Assembly: GCA_965203465.1 (NCBI GenBank)
Contig: CBDBCR010000001.1
Span: 896,001-960,000 of the forward strand
Origin: Nitrosopumilaceae archaeon
Lineage (GTDB): Archaea; Thermoproteota; Nitrososphaeria; Nitrososphaerales; Nitrosopumilaceae
Direction of reading: 5' to 3'
Length of the DNA: 64,000 nucleotides
Numbering within the stretch: the stretch's first letter is position 1; each line of letters starts with the position of its first letter. This document shows, in pieces, positions 38,429-48,676 of the stretch. The notes beneath the pieces were generated by a model. The model ran no database searches. It saw nothing but the letters and a program-made list of their open reading frames with translations, and was not told where the DNA came from. Position numbers and translations under genes: made by a program.

Positions 38429-38731
38429 ATGCCAATAGCAATACTGCCGGACATCGACGAGCAGCGCTGCATCGGCTGCGCCCTGTGCGTGGAGATCTGC
38501 ACCAGTCTCGGACCCGATGTCCTAAGAGTAAAGCCCGTGGAGGGCTGGAAGAGGGGCAAGGCGTTCGTCTTTTACCCGGAAAGATGCATCTCTGACGGCG
38601 CGTGCATAGGCGTGTGCCCGACAAAGTCCATCTTTTGGATGAGGCCGATGAACTACACCGCCGGCCAGCCAGTCCCGCTCCACAAGAACGGCGTCTTCGT
38701 CAAGGGCTGGGCAGAGGACGCAGCCCTCTAG
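38429..38731 (+). CDS. 4Fe-4S ferredoxin
   Basis: CIGCALCVEIC and CISDGACIGVCP. Confidence 0.92.
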   Translation: MPIAILPDIDEQRCIGCALCVEICTSLGPDVLRVKPVEGWKRGKAFVFYPERCISDGACIGVCPTKSIFWMRPMNYTAGQPVPLHKNGVFVKGWAEDAAL

Positions 38732-40194
38732 CCCCACCCCCCTTTTCTTTCCACGAAATGCTCCAAAAACCCGTCTTTCTGGTAGTCTATCCTCTCGAAC
38801 CCGTTGTTGGAGACGAACGCGTCCCACGCCGGCCCGAAGGTCTCAAAGTCGGCGGGCCTGTACCGGGCCGACGCCGAGACGTGGTGGGCCGCCGGGTACA
38901 GGTCGGACAGCTCCAGCGGCACCGGCCCCAGGAACGGGCTGTACTGGCAGACCTGCGCGTCCCCGCCGGCGCTGAGCGACCTGTACTCGGCCGACAGGTA
39001 TGCCGGCTTTTGGCGCGCCCAGGGCACCACGCGAAGGATCTTCTTGGGGGTGCGGAAGCCCGAGACGGCCTTCCTGAACGCGGCGGCCTCGGGCCTGTAC
39101 TGGTCGAGCGGGGCCGAAAAGAACGCGGCGCGCTTTTTGAACGCCGGCGTCGTCTCGGCCAGGTACTCGGATTCGCGCGCCACGACGCGGCCCGCCTCGG
39201 AGAGGCGCGGGTGCGCGGCGCCCTTTTTCATCACGTGCTCCCACAGCCGGCCCTCGCGTAGCGCCTCCCTGGTGCGCGCGACCTCGGAGCGCATGGCGTG
39301 CAGGTTGTGCAGCGCAAGCAGGGTCTCCGAGCTTGCGTCCTGCGCGAGCTCGGCCGGCGTGCGCGAGGAGCAGACCTCGCACGGGCAGGAAAACTCGCCG
39401 ATGCCGGCCAGGGCCCGCGTGGCGTCCTCGGTCATGTACATGCCGCGCTTCGCGTACAGCATGTACGAGGCCGAATCGAACGTGTCGCAGCCGAGCGCGA
39501 CGGCCAGCGGCACGGTCATCGGGTGGCCGGCGCCGAACAGGTGCAGCGGCACGTGGCGCGGCGCCGCCTTTCTTGCGGCTATTATCATGGACGCAAGCTG
39601 CCCGTACCTGTACGATTCCATGAATTCGACGGGGCTGCCGAGGGCCAGCATCTTAAAGCCCATGCCGACCAGGCTCCCGGCCGCGCGGGCCACGATGTCG
39701 TGGTGCTCGCTGCCCTGCACGGGCCCCGCCCACAGGCGGCCCGGATGGGACTCGATGGCGCTTTTCGCCGCGGCCAGCGTCTCGTCGACGCTTCTGCTCG
39801 CCTCCTCTTTCTTCATGCCCACGCCGGTGGGCCTGTCGAGGGGGACGGGCACGTCCGATCCTATCCGGTATTCGAACTCGGCCATCTCGTCCGGCTTTAC
39901 GTCGAGCTTGCCGTACTCTAGCACCTGGTAGCCGCCCGAGTCGGTCATTACGGGGCCGTCGTGGCCTATCACCGAGTGTATGCCGTCTTTGACGGCGCGC
40001 TCGCGCAGGCGCCGCATGGCGATGTACGCGTTGGTTATGACCATCTCGAATCCGAGCTTGCGCATCTTCGAGGGCGGTATGGACTGCACGGCCGGATGCA
40101 CCACTGGCACGAACGCCGGCGTCGAGACCGTTCCGTGGTCGGTCTGGAGCCTGCCGATGGCGCCTGCAAGATCCGTCTCGAGGACTTCGAACAA
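38728..40194 (-). CDS. tgtA: Archaeosine tRNA-guanine(15) transglycosylase
   Basis: TPAFVPV, MTDSGGYQ, HLFGAG, FDSASY, CPCEVC. Confidence 0.93.
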   Translation of the reverse strand: MFEVLETDLAGAIGRLQTDHGTVSTPAFVPVVHPAVQSIPPSKMRKLGFEMVITNAYIAMRRLRERAVKDGIHSVIGHDGPVMTDSGGYQVLEYGKLDVKPDEMAEFEYRIGSDVPVPLDRPTGVGMKKEEASRSVDETLAAAKSAIESHPGRLWAGPVQGSEHHDIVARAAGSLVGMGFKMLALGSPVEFMESYRYGQLASMIIAARKAAPRHVPLHLFGAGHPMTVPLAVALGCDTFDSASYMLYAKRGMYMTEDATRALAGIGEFSCPCEVCSSRTPAELAQDASSETLLALHNLHAMRSEVARTREALREGRLWEHVMKKGAAHPRLSEAGRVVARESEYLAETTPAFKKRAAFFSAPLDQYRPEAAAFRKAVSGFRTPKKILRVVPWARQKPAYLSAEYRSLSAGGDAQVCQYSPFLGPVPLELSDLYPAAHHVSASARYRPADFETFGPAWDAFVSNNGFERIDYQKDGFLEHFVERKGGWG

Positions 40195-40218
40195 CGCGGG
40201 GCCGGCCCGCCCGTCTAT

Positions 40219-40731
40219 TTAAAAGAAAGAGGAGAGCTCGCCCCCGCCGGCGAGCTCGCCGAGCCAGTCCACCTCGTCGCCTGGCGGCTCGGCCTCGGAC
40301 GCCATGCGGGCCGCCTCGGCGGGGGATCTGCGGGTGGCGTCTATCTGGACGGTCTTGGCGGGGCCGAACCAGCGCAGCGCGTCGTGGGCGGTGACGCCGA
40401 GTATCTCGGCGGCGCAGTTTTCCGCAGACTTTGCCGCGCCGTAGCCCCTCTTGCGGTACACCTCGAGCAGCTGGCGTGGGTCGCGCCGGAGCACCGCGGC
40501 CCTGCACCCGGGCCTGACGGCGTACGGGGCAAGGTGCCCCACCACAACGGCGTCCGGCGGGATGCTGCCCGACGCTTCGAGCAGGACGGACGCGTCCACC
40601 GAGCCGCCGTCGAGCGCGCCGCACTCTGCCGCGGCCGAGTTGAGATCGACCAGCGGGGCCCCCGTGGCGCGGGCAAGCTCGCGCGCGGCCGTGTGCTTGC
40701 CCACGCCGGGCCCGCCGGTTATCACCTGCAC
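40219..40731 (-). CDS. Adenylate kinase AK6/Fap7-like
   Basis: ITGGPGVGKHT, VVGHLA, RGY..K..EN..AE. Confidence 0.85.
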   Translation of the reverse strand: MQVITGGPGVGKHTAARELARATGAPLVDLNSAAAECGALDGGSVDASVLLEASGSIPPDAVVVGHLAPYAVRPGCRAAVLRRDPRQLLEVYRKRGYGAAKSAENCAAEILGVTAHDALRWFGPAKTVQIDATRRSPAEAARMASEAEPPGDEVDWLGELAGGGELSSFF

Positions 40732-40750
40732 GGCGCGCCCCGCGCCGGTC

Positions 40751-41224
40751 TCAATTTATCTTGTCCGGGCGCGGTTTTTCCGGATCGTGGATCTCGGGGC
40801 GAAGAACCGGCCTGCGGCCGGAGCGCCGCCGCCGCGTTTTTTTTGGCGCTGTTCGTGCCCGCACGGCGGGACTTTCATTGCGGGCCGGCATCGGAGCGGC
40901 GGCCTTGCCTGATCGCCGCCAAGATCTGATCGTAACGTTTGAGGGCGCTCTGTTTTTAGTCGGCACAGTCGCGGCCCCGTACCATGCGCGCCGGCCGATC
41001 GCCAACGACTTCTCGTAGGGCTCGTGCATGCTCTCGAACGGGCCTGCCGAAAGATCGACGGCCTGTCTGACCGTTCGGAATCTCGGCTCCCTTGTGCGAT
41101 AATATTCGCGCACCGCCCGGAGACCTTCATAAAAGACGGCCGTAATTTCACAGTCAACGTACCGCGGAGACTCCGATTCCAGAAAACCGCAAACATACAT
41201 GTCGGGCAGGCGCCGATCTGTCAA
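40751..41224 (-). pseudogene. Degenerate HEPN-like toxin
   Basis: DCEITAVFYEGLRAV resembles the HEPN DWxxTxxFYxAL helix; 3' end runs into non-coding-looking sequence. Confidence 0.35.
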
Positions 41225-41656
41225 TTCCTGCGCCTCTCAAAAATCGTTCTGGTGCCGTCCGGCATGGCCTGAGACTCTCCGGACACGTGCAGTATCCACG
41301 GCTCCAGGTAAAATCTGAACTGCCTCTCCACGCGCGAGATTTCGCCCACCAACTCGTCTATGACGTCTGCCGAGCTCCGGTGGTCGTGGCACACCTGAAG
41401 AATCCGCCCGTCCCCGTCAGGACCGCAACGCGCCGACCTCGCGTAGGGGAACGACGGAAATATCTTGATTGGTTCTTGCTCCACGCCGGCCGCATCTGCC
41501 GCGGATCTTTTGCCAAGGCGCGGGATTTCTTTTACGACGGCCCGTACCGCCTCGAGGGAAGGCGCCGCATGCGCGCCGGTTCAGAACCTCTTCCCTCACG
41601 ATCGCCTGCACCGCCCGCCGGAAATCCGGGCTGTCTGCCAACTGCTTTAGCATACG
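41221..41656 (-). pseudogene. Frameshifted MNT-like gene, paralog of 30005-30373
   Basis: DGRILQVCHD..LEPWILH..DGTRTIFER parallels DGTWRVVVVH..IETLVLH..GTKPVFSR. Confidence 0.45.
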
Positions 41657-41972
41657 CCGGCTTCCGCGCGTGGCAGTTCCGCTCATCGACCGCTCCGGCG
41701 TGTGGCGGTATTAAACAGTGAACGCCGCGTAAATCCTGTAGCCTGCGCCTGACAGAACGCGCGGGCCGGGCTAGAGGCGGCCCGTCTAACGCGGCAAAAG
41801 CCCGGCGCAAGGCCCGGCAGACGCCGCACAAAAAGGGGGCAGTTTCTGACGCCCGAAGAGCGCTCGATCCGGCGCCCCTCAGCGGGCGAATCCCGGTGAA
41901 CCGCGAGCCCTCTGGCCAGCGCCGCCCCGTTTTCAGCTTGACTAATATTGCAAAACCGGCAAACGCGCGCCC

Positions 41973-43127
41973 GTGCAGATAGGTCTGATAGGCAAGGCCA
42001 ACGTCGGCAAGTCCACGCTGTTCTCTGCCGCCACGCACACCGACGTGCCGACGGGCAACTTTCCGTTCACCACGATAAAGCCCAACGTGGGAATGGCGTA
42101 CGTGACGGCCCCCTGCCCGTGCAAGGAGCTGGGCGTGGAGCACGACATACCGCACTGCGTCTCGGGCAAGCGGCTCATACCGGTAAAGCTGATAGACGTG
42201 GCAGGCCTGGTGCCCGGCGCCCACGAGGGCCGCGGCCTCGGCAACCAGTTCCTCGACGACGCGAGGCAGGCAGACGCGCTCGTGCACGTGGTCGACGCTG
42301 CCGGCGCGACCGACGAAGACGGGCAGCCCGTCGCCCCCGGCACGCGCGATCCGGCCAAAGACGTCGAGTTCGTCGTATCGGAGTTCGACATGTGGTTCCT
42401 CGGGATACTCGAAAAGGACTGGCAAAAGCTCTGCAAGGAGGCCGAGCGCGGCAGGCCCGAGCTGGCGCTCCACTCGCGCTTCGCGGGGCTGGGCATATCG
42501 GAGGGGCAGGTGGCCGGCGCGGCGCAAGGGGCGCCGGCGCGCCTCTCGGACTGGTCCGGCGGGGACAGGAAAGGCTTCGCGGCCCGGCTGCGGCGGGCCT
42601 CCAAGCCGGTGCTGACCGTAGCCAACAAGGCCGACATGTGCCCGGGCGTGCCTGACTGGGCGGTGCCGTGCAGCGCAGAGACCGAGCTTGCACTGGTGCG
42701 CGCCGCGTCTGCCGGCATGGTCGCTTACGCGCCCGGCTCTGATTCGTTCGCGGTCACGGCCGGCCCCGAGGCGGGGGAGGATCAGAAGATGGCTCTGGAG
42801 GCCATGGCCGCGACCGTCAAAAAGCTTGGCGGCACCGGCGTGCGCCGTGCACTCAACGAGGCCGTCTTCGGGCTGCTCGGGATGGTGCCCGTGTACCCGG
42901 TCGAGGACGAATCGCGCCTGTGCGACCGCGCCGGCACGGTCCTGCCCGACGCAAAGCTGATGCGGCCCGGCTCGACCGCGCGCGATCTCGCCGGCGCGGT
43001 CCACGCCGACTTGGCAAAGGGCTTCCTGTACGCGACGGACTGCCGGACCCGGCAGAGGATAGGAGCCGACAAGGAGCTGTCCGCCGGCGACGTCGTGCGC
43101 GCCGTCTCGGCGTCGGCGAGGGGATGA
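41973..43127 (+). CDS. ychF: YchF/Obg-family GTPase with TGS domain
   Basis: GKANVGKSTLF, NFPFTTI, DVAGLVPGAHEGRGLGNQFL, NKAD. Confidence 0.92.
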   Translation: MQIGLIGKANVGKSTLFSAATHTDVPTGNFPFTTIKPNVGMAYVTAPCPCKELGVEHDIPHCVSGKRLIPVKLIDVAGLVPGAHEGRGLGNQFLDDARQADALVHVVDAAGATDEDGQPVAPGTRDPAKDVEFVVSEFDMWFLGILEKDWQKLCKEAERGRPELALHSRFAGLGISEGQVAGAAQGAPARLSDWSGGDRKGFAARLRRASKPVLTVANKADMCPGVPDWAVPCSAETELALVRAASAGMVAYAPGSDSFAVTAGPEAGEDQKMALEAMAATVKKLGGTGVRRALNEAVFGLLGMVPVYPVEDESRLCDRAGTVLPDAKLMRPGSTARDLAGAVHADLAKGFLYATDCRTRQRIGADKELSAGDVVRAVSASARG

Positions 43128-43128
43128 C

Positions 43129-44130
43129 ATGCTGGTGCTCGGCATAGAGAGCACCGCGCACACGTTCTCGTGCGCCGTGGTGCGCGGCACGCCGCAAAAG
43201 GCGCGCATACTCTCGGACGTGCGCGACGTATACGGGCCGCCCGACGGCCACGGCATACACCCGCGCGAGGCCTCGCGCCACCACGCCGACTGCGCGCCGC
43301 GCGTGCTGTCCGAGGCGCTCGCCTCTGCCCGCGTGCGCGCGCCCGATCTCGACGCGGTCTCGTACTCTGCCGGGCCGGGCCTCGGCCCCTGCCTGCGCGT
43401 GGGCGCCGTGGTGGCGCGCTCGCTGGCCTCGTACCACCGCAAAAATCTGTACCCAGTAAACCACGCCGTCGGCCACCTGGAGCTGGGCCGCCTGCTGACC
43501 GGCGCTTCCGATCCCTTGGTGCTGCTCGTCTCGGGCGGGCACACCATGCTGCTGGCCTTTTCGGGGGGGCAGTGGCGCGTGTTCGGAGAGACGCTCGACA
43601 TCACGCTCGGCCAGCTGCTCGACCAGTTCGGCAGATCGCTGGGGCTGGCCTCGCCGTGCGGCGCCTCGATAGAAAGGATGGCCTCGCGCTCGTCGGAGTA
43701 CGTCCAGCTGCCCTATACCGTAAAGGGCAACGACGTCTCGTTTTCGGGCCTGCTCTCGGCGGCAAAGGAGGCGGCAAAGGGGGCGCGCGGCTCTGCGTGC
43801 TATTCGCTGCAGGAGACCGCCTTTGCCATGGTCTCCGAGACCGTCGAGAGGGCCCTGGCATTCACCGGCAAGAAGGAACTGATGGTCGTCGGCGGGGTCG
43901 CGGCCAACAGGCGGCTGGCCGGCATGCTGCGCGGCGTGTGCCGGCGGCAGGGCGCGCGCCTGCGCGCGGTCCCCGTCCGGTACGCGGGCGACTGCGGCTC
44001 GCAGATAGCCTGGACCGGCCTGCTGGAATCGGGGGCCGGGCCCGGCGTGGACGCTGCCGGCGCGTTCGTGCGCCAGTCGTGGAGGATAGACTCGGTCCCG
44101 ATACGCTACGCGTCCCCGATGGCGTCCTGA
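43129..44130 (+). CDS. kae1: KEOPS N6-threonylcarbamoyltransferase Kae1
   Basis: LGIESTAH, HPREA, GPGLGP, VNHAVGHLE, VSGGHT, GGVAAN. Confidence 0.95.
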   Translation: MLVLGIESTAHTFSCAVVRGTPQKARILSDVRDVYGPPDGHGIHPREASRHHADCAPRVLSEALASARVRAPDLDAVSYSAGPGLGPCLRVGAVVARSLASYHRKNLYPVNHAVGHLELGRLLTGASDPLVLLVSGGHTMLLAFSGGQWRVFGETLDITLGQLLDQFGRSLGLASPCGASIERMASRSSEYVQLPYTVKGNDVSFSGLLSAAKEAAKGARGSACYSLQETAFAMVSETVERALAFTGKKELMVVGGVAANRRLAGMLRGVCRRQGARLRAVPVRYAGDCGSQIAWTGLLESGAGPGVDAAGAFVRQSWRIDSVPIRYASPMAS

Positions 44131-44411
44131 ATGTCGTCGAGCCACGAGCCGGTGCCGAGCACGCCGAACTTGTAGGACTTGCCGCCCGCTTCTATGCAGA
44201 CTTTTTTCATCAGCCGGCCCTCCTTCCAGGTGCGCGTCACTTCCTTGAGCGGCACGTCGAGGGCCGTCTCGCCGAGCCTCTTGGTAAAGTCCATTATGCG
44301 CCCGCGCGACTTGTCGAAGGCGATGCGCCTGTTGGTCAGCGTGAGTATGCCCGAGCCCATCGAATCCTCCGAGCAGTCCTCCTGCCTTATGCGCCGCTCG
44401 CCCTCTTCCAC
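44106..44411 (-). CDS. Small PH/GRAM-like protein
   Basis: GILTLTNRRIAF..W..I pattern. Confidence 0.6.
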   Translation of the reverse strand: MEEGERRIRQEDCSEDSMGSGILTLTNRRIAFDKSRGRIMDFTKRLGETALDVPLKEVTRTWKEGRLMKKVCIEAGGKSYKFGVLGTGSWLDDIQDAIGDA

Positions 44412-44520
44412 GGGCGCGGGGAGGCGCGTCGGAATTTTAGTCTTGGCTGCGGATCCGCCCGGCGCGATCCTGCGGGTATTTTAGCCCGCGACGATTATGC
44501 TTATAAAGGCGGGGGGCGAG

Positions 44521-45043
44521 ATGCAAAGCAGGCTGTGCGCGGGATCGCTTGCGGCGATCCTCTGACTGGCGGCGGCCGGCGCCGTATCGGAGGCGCACGC
44601 CACGAATCCTTCGGTGTCCAGCGTGGCTGTAAACGCCAACAACGACGGCACGTGGGCCGGCGTCCTGACCATAACCTTCAACACCCCGATGGAGGTACAG
44701 ACCCGCGAGGAGGACGCGCTGGGAAGATAGTGCTCAAGAGGGGTCTCGGCACCCCCCGCGAAACCTGCCGCGCGACCGGCTCTGACATGTAGTTCGACGG
44801 GAACGCGGTAAAGGTGTGCTATGCACCGTATGCCGAAAACATCATGCGGCGGATTGGACCTGCTTTTCTGACTCTACATAGCCGGCACGGCGCTGCAGTC
44901 CGCAGACACCCAGACGGCCCTCCCGCAGTACGGGATACCCTACGAGTACTCGACAAACCCGCCGAGGATTACACCAGTCGACGACGAGAAAGCCGCAGAT
45001 CGCCAGCCTCACGCTGGACAAGGCAAGCGGGGTGCTGTACATG
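44521..45043 (+). pseudogene. Decayed secreted/surface protein gene cut by an IS
   Basis: Signal-peptide-like start (..AAAGAVSEAHA) with stops and frameshifts; ends at the IS TIR. Confidence 0.35.
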
Positions 45044-45630
45044 AGAAGTCATGCGTAATCCCACGGAGTCCGGCCCCGGGCCGGCGCGCAGCGCCGCTAC
45101 ATATGCATGAATATTGATAATATTGCGCGGACAGCGCAGGGTCGGCAAAGGCGCGCGCGGCGACGGCCTTGAGGGAGTTTCTGCCCTTCTGCCGCTCTTC
45201 GCGGCCGCAGTTAGCGGCTGCGCGCCGTCTTGGGCCCGGGCTTCTTGCCCTTGCGGTGTGTGTTGCTCTTGTCCGGCGAGCCGGTGAGCAGGTGCAGGTT
45301 CACCAGCCAGGTGGCCACGATCAGATCCCTCCTCGCGGTTTTCTTGGGGCGGCGCACCCGGTGCCGCAGCCGAGCGAACGTCTTGATCCTGCGGTTGGCG
45401 TGCTCTATCTTGACGCGCCTGCGGTTCACCCGGCGGTTGTGCGCCTTGGCCTTCTTGGTCTTGCTCTCGGCCCGGGTCAGCGGCATCTTTATGACGGCTC
45501 CGGGGTGGTCCTTCTCCAGGCCCCTGTACACCTTGTCCACCAGTTCGGTTATCGTCATGGCGTCGCTCTTCCCCTCTAGGCACCTGGTGACCGGGCCCAG
45601 GTCGGCCCCCGATTCGCGCAAAACGGTCAT
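45044..45630 (-). mobile_element. Truncated second copy of the IS5-family element
   Basis: TIR AGAAGTCATGCGTAATCCC at 45044; near-identical to 12951-13537. Confidence 0.92.
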
Positions 45631-46052
45631 GGCCGGCGAGGACGGCGCGCTGTACCGGCTCTCGCCGGGCGGCCTCTACGAGCCGCTGCGCAACATGTCC
45701 TAGCTGTTCCACAGCATAGACGAGTCAATGTACACGTACCGCGGGACCCCCATGCAGGGCTACAAGTCGGACCCCGAATTCGCCGACGCGCTCGAGGAGC
45801 AGATGCGGCTCGCAAAGGCGGTCCTCGAGAGGATGAACCTGGGGAGGCAGGGCTGGCACGAGGGCTTTGAAGAATCAGAGCCGTCGGTCCACGCGGCCAT
45901 CGACAGGACGGAGCGGCTCCAGGACAGTTTGCGGCTAGAGCGCGAGCGCGCCGAGCGCACGTTCCTGGACAGGTACGGCTAGATGGACCGGCCCGAGTAT
46001 GCCCGGGTTTTTTTACGAAGGGTTATAATCGCGCCCGCGGGGGCCCGGGGGA

Positions 46053-46298
46053 GTGGAGTACGACGTCAGCGTTGTCATCGAGAACCGGCCCGAGATCGCC
46101 GACCCGGAGGGCAAGACCATACTCGACGACCTGATCTTGCGCGGCGGCGTAAAGTCCGTAAAAAAGATACGCACGGCGAAGGTGATCCGCTTCCGCGTGA
46201 GCGCGCGCAGCAGGGACGCGGCCCGCAGGGAGGTCGAGGGGATATGCGAGCGCCTCCGCATATACAACCCGCTGGTCAGCACCGCGGAGATCACGTAG
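46053..46298 (+). CDS. purS: FGAM synthase subunit PurS
   Basis: DPEGKTI, IRTAK, LRIYNPL. Confidence 0.85.
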   Translation: MEYDVSVVIENRPEIADPEGKTILDDLILRGGVKSVKKIRTAKVIRFRVSARSRDAARREVEGICERLRIYNPLVSTAEIT

Positions 46299-46899
46299 CC
46301 GCTGTGTGCAGGGCCGCGTTCTTTGCCGACATCTCCGCGGTCATCGGATCCGCGGCGAACGCGACTATCAGCACGTCCCCCCCGCGCGGCTTGGCGGCAA
46401 GGGCGGCGAGCACGCCGGGCCTGCCCTCCAGCGCGTCGCGCCGCTCGCCCGGAAACGAAAAAACACCGTCGCGGTACACGAGCGTCAGGGCCGCCGAGGC
46501 CCCGCACACCACGGCCATGTCCCTCTGCTCTATGCCGGATCTTACGTTGCCCGCGCGCCCCCTGACCAGGACCGCGTGCCCGGCCCCGTCGCCGGGCGCA
46601 GGCTCCAGGGGGGTCTCGGCGGGCATCGCGCAGTCTATCTCCTCGGCCACGCCCGACCCCTTTTCGGTCAGGAACGTGCCGGCCCTCACCGAATCGGCCA
46701 TGCCGGACTCGCGCAGGTGGCCAACGAGCGTCTTTACGGCGCCCTCGCCCATCTGCAGGCCATCGCAGAACGCGGCCCTGCTGACGTACTTTTGGCGGTG
46801 CATCATCTGCACGGCTTTCAGCACGTGGGGCACGCCGAACGTGAGCGTCTTGCCCGATCCCTTGCGGCGGGCCACCGCGCGCAGCGCCTCTACGTCCAC
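46291..46899 (-). CDS. DUF4443/DUF2111-like winged-helix protein
   Basis: SRAAFCDGLQMGEGAVKTL, SGIEQRD.AV..GA. Confidence 0.75.
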   Translation of the reverse strand: MDVEALRAVARRKGSGKTLTFGVPHVLKAVQMMHRQKYVSRAAFCDGLQMGEGAVKTLVGHLRESGMADSVRAGTFLTEKGSGVAEEIDCAMPAETPLEPAPGDGAGHAVLVRGRAGNVRSGIEQRDMAVVCGASAALTLVYRDGVFSFPGERRDALEGRPGVLAALAAKPRGGDVLIVAFAADPMTAEMSAKNAALHTAAT

Positions 46900-46979
46900 G
46901 GCTACGCGCCGCAGAACGTGGTATTTAATTTGGACAATTTGGCCAGCATCTTTAAATACGCGCCGAAATTCGCCCGCCC

Positions 46980-47183
46980 ATGCTAAAGACGCTCCAGACC
47001 GGGCGCGCTCGGCCGCTTGCCGCGCCGCTCGCGGTTCTCTCGATCATTTTCGCGCTGACGCTGTTCGTGGCCGGCTTCGACAACGGGCAGCTGGCCGCGG
47101 CATTCGTACCCGGCTCGGATCCGCAGGTTCTCCACGAGCTGACACACGACCTGCGCCACGCGGCGGGCCTTCCATGCCACTAG
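46980..47183 (+). CDS. cbtB: Cobalt transporter subunit CbtB
   Basis: One TM helix and HELTHDLRHAAGLPCH. Confidence 0.9.
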   Translation: MLKTLQTGRARPLAAPLAVLSIIFALTLFVAGFDNGQLAAAFVPGSDPQVLHELTHDLRHAAGLPCH

Positions 47184-47881
47184 CCGCGCGGCCTTGGCTG
47201 ATCGTGGCCGTGGCGCTGGCCGCCGGCGCGGCGGGCGGGCTCGTCCACGCGGGAGCCGGCGCGGCCTTTACGGGCCCGTACATCGAGGCTGCCATAGGCC
47301 TCGAGACGCAGATGATGCTCGAATCGGGGGAGCAGTCGCCCGAATTCTGGGAATCGCTCGAGTCGTACCGGGCCTGGCAGAGGCAGGGGTACGTGCTGGC
47401 CTCGGTGCTGTACGGCGTATCGATGGCCTCGCTGTTCTGCATAGTGTACGCGCTCTGGCGCGGCCCCAAGCCTGGCGGCGCGCTGGGCGGCGCCGTGCTG
47501 CTCGGTATCGTCATGTGGGGGGCCGTCTTTATGGTGCCGTTCCTAAAGTATCCTGCCACCCTGCCCGGCGTCGGTGATCCGGAGACCATCGGCGCGCGCA
47601 CCCTGCTGTACGTCTCGTTCGTGGCAGTCTCTGGCGCATCGGCGCTGGCCGCGTGGCTCGCGTCGGGCCGCGCAGGCAGGGCGCGCCTGCCGGCGGCCGC
47701 CGCCGGATACGCCGCCGCGATGGCCGCCGCGTTCGCGCTCTTTCCGGCAGTGCCGGCGTCCGGGCTCCCGCAGGATCTGGTGGACGGGTTCAGGGCCTCG
47801 TCGGCCGTCGGGGTCCTTGCGCTCTGGGTGTCGATGCCTGCCGTCGCCGGGTTGCTGTGGGGGAGGCTCGGCGCACGGTGA
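47174..47881 (+). CDS. cbtA: Cobalt transporter subunit CbtA
   Basis: PYIEAAIGLE, VPFLKYPA..PGVGDPETI..RT; several TM helices. Confidence 0.88.
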   Translation: MPLAARPWLIVAVALAAGAAGGLVHAGAGAAFTGPYIEAAIGLETQMMLESGEQSPEFWESLESYRAWQRQGYVLASVLYGVSMASLFCIVYALWRGPKPGGALGGAVLLGIVMWGAVFMVPFLKYPATLPGVGDPETIGARTLLYVSFVAVSGASALAAWLASGRAGRARLPAAAAGYAAAMAAAFALFPAVPASGLPQDLVDGFRASSAVGVLALWVSMPAVAGLLWGRLGAR

Positions 47882-47951
47882 TGTTCTATCTTTCTAGAAA
47901 AAGTAACCGGCTATGCATCGTTTAAATAATCGCGATGCGGCCGGCAGCCGG

Positions 47952-48281
47952 ATGGCCAAAAAATACACCCTGCCCCAGCTCAAAAAGTACGACGTCAACC
48001 AAAAGGTCATCAACATCCTGGCCGATCCCGAATCGCGCTCCATACTCTTCTCGACCATACGCAAGGCAAAGCACGCGTCCGAGCTGTCCACGTCGCTGCG
48101 CATACCGCTCAGTTCCGTCTACAAGAAACTGGGGGATCTCGAGGCGCTCCACCTGATAAAGTCCGAAAAACTGGTCGTCTCCGATCAGGGCCGCAGATTC
48201 CGCGTGTACAGGAGCAGGGTGAGCGGCGCCGAGATACACATCAAAAAGCCCGAGCCGGTCCTGTACTTGGCGCCAAACTGA
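47952..48281 (+). CDS. ArsR-like winged-helix regulator
   Basis: LADPESRSIL..IPLSSVYKKL..LE. Confidence 0.85.
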   Translation: MAKKYTLPQLKKYDVNQKVINILADPESRSILFSTIRKAKHASELSTSLRIPLSSVYKKLGDLEALHLIKSEKLVVSDQGRRFRVYRSRVSGAEIHIKKPEPVLYLAPN

Positions 48282-48282
48282 C

Positions 48283-48609
48283 ATGGCCAAGCCCCGCATA
48301 CTGCAGCTCGGAGAGGTCGATGTCACGCAGCGCATCATAGAGACGCTGGCCAACGTGTGCGCCCGGGCGGTGCTCTTTTCGACAAAGTCGGGCGCGAGGG
48401 ACGCGGCGAGCATAGCGGGCGAGCTGGGCATATCGCAGTCGACCGCCTACAAGACGCTCGCGGGGCTTGAGGACTTGGCGCTCGTCGAGGTCGAGCGGTT
48501 CTCGATGTCCGACGGCAAAAAGACAAAACTGTACAGGAGCCGCATAAGCCGGGCCGAGATAACGATGGACGGGGGCGAGCCGGCGCTCTCGCTGTACCCC
48601 AACCAGTAG
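48283..48609 (+). CDS. ArsR-like winged-helix regulator (tandem paralog)
   Basis: ISQSTAYKTL..LE..YRSRI. Confidence 0.85.
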   Translation: MAKPRILQLGEVDVTQRIIETLANVCARAVLFSTKSGARDAASIAGELGISQSTAYKTLAGLEDLALVEVERFSMSDGKKTKLYRSRISRAEITMDGGEPALSLYPNQ

Positions 48610-48676
48610 GGCCCGGAAAAGCACAGCCGCCCGAACGGAATTCATCTTTAAGTATGGGGCGCTGCGGGCAGGCGCC

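Noticed and set aside
45983-47881. 632-aa CbtA ORF
   Set aside because: Only 47174-47881 is CbtA; the rest overlaps purS, the DUF4443-like gene and cbtB.
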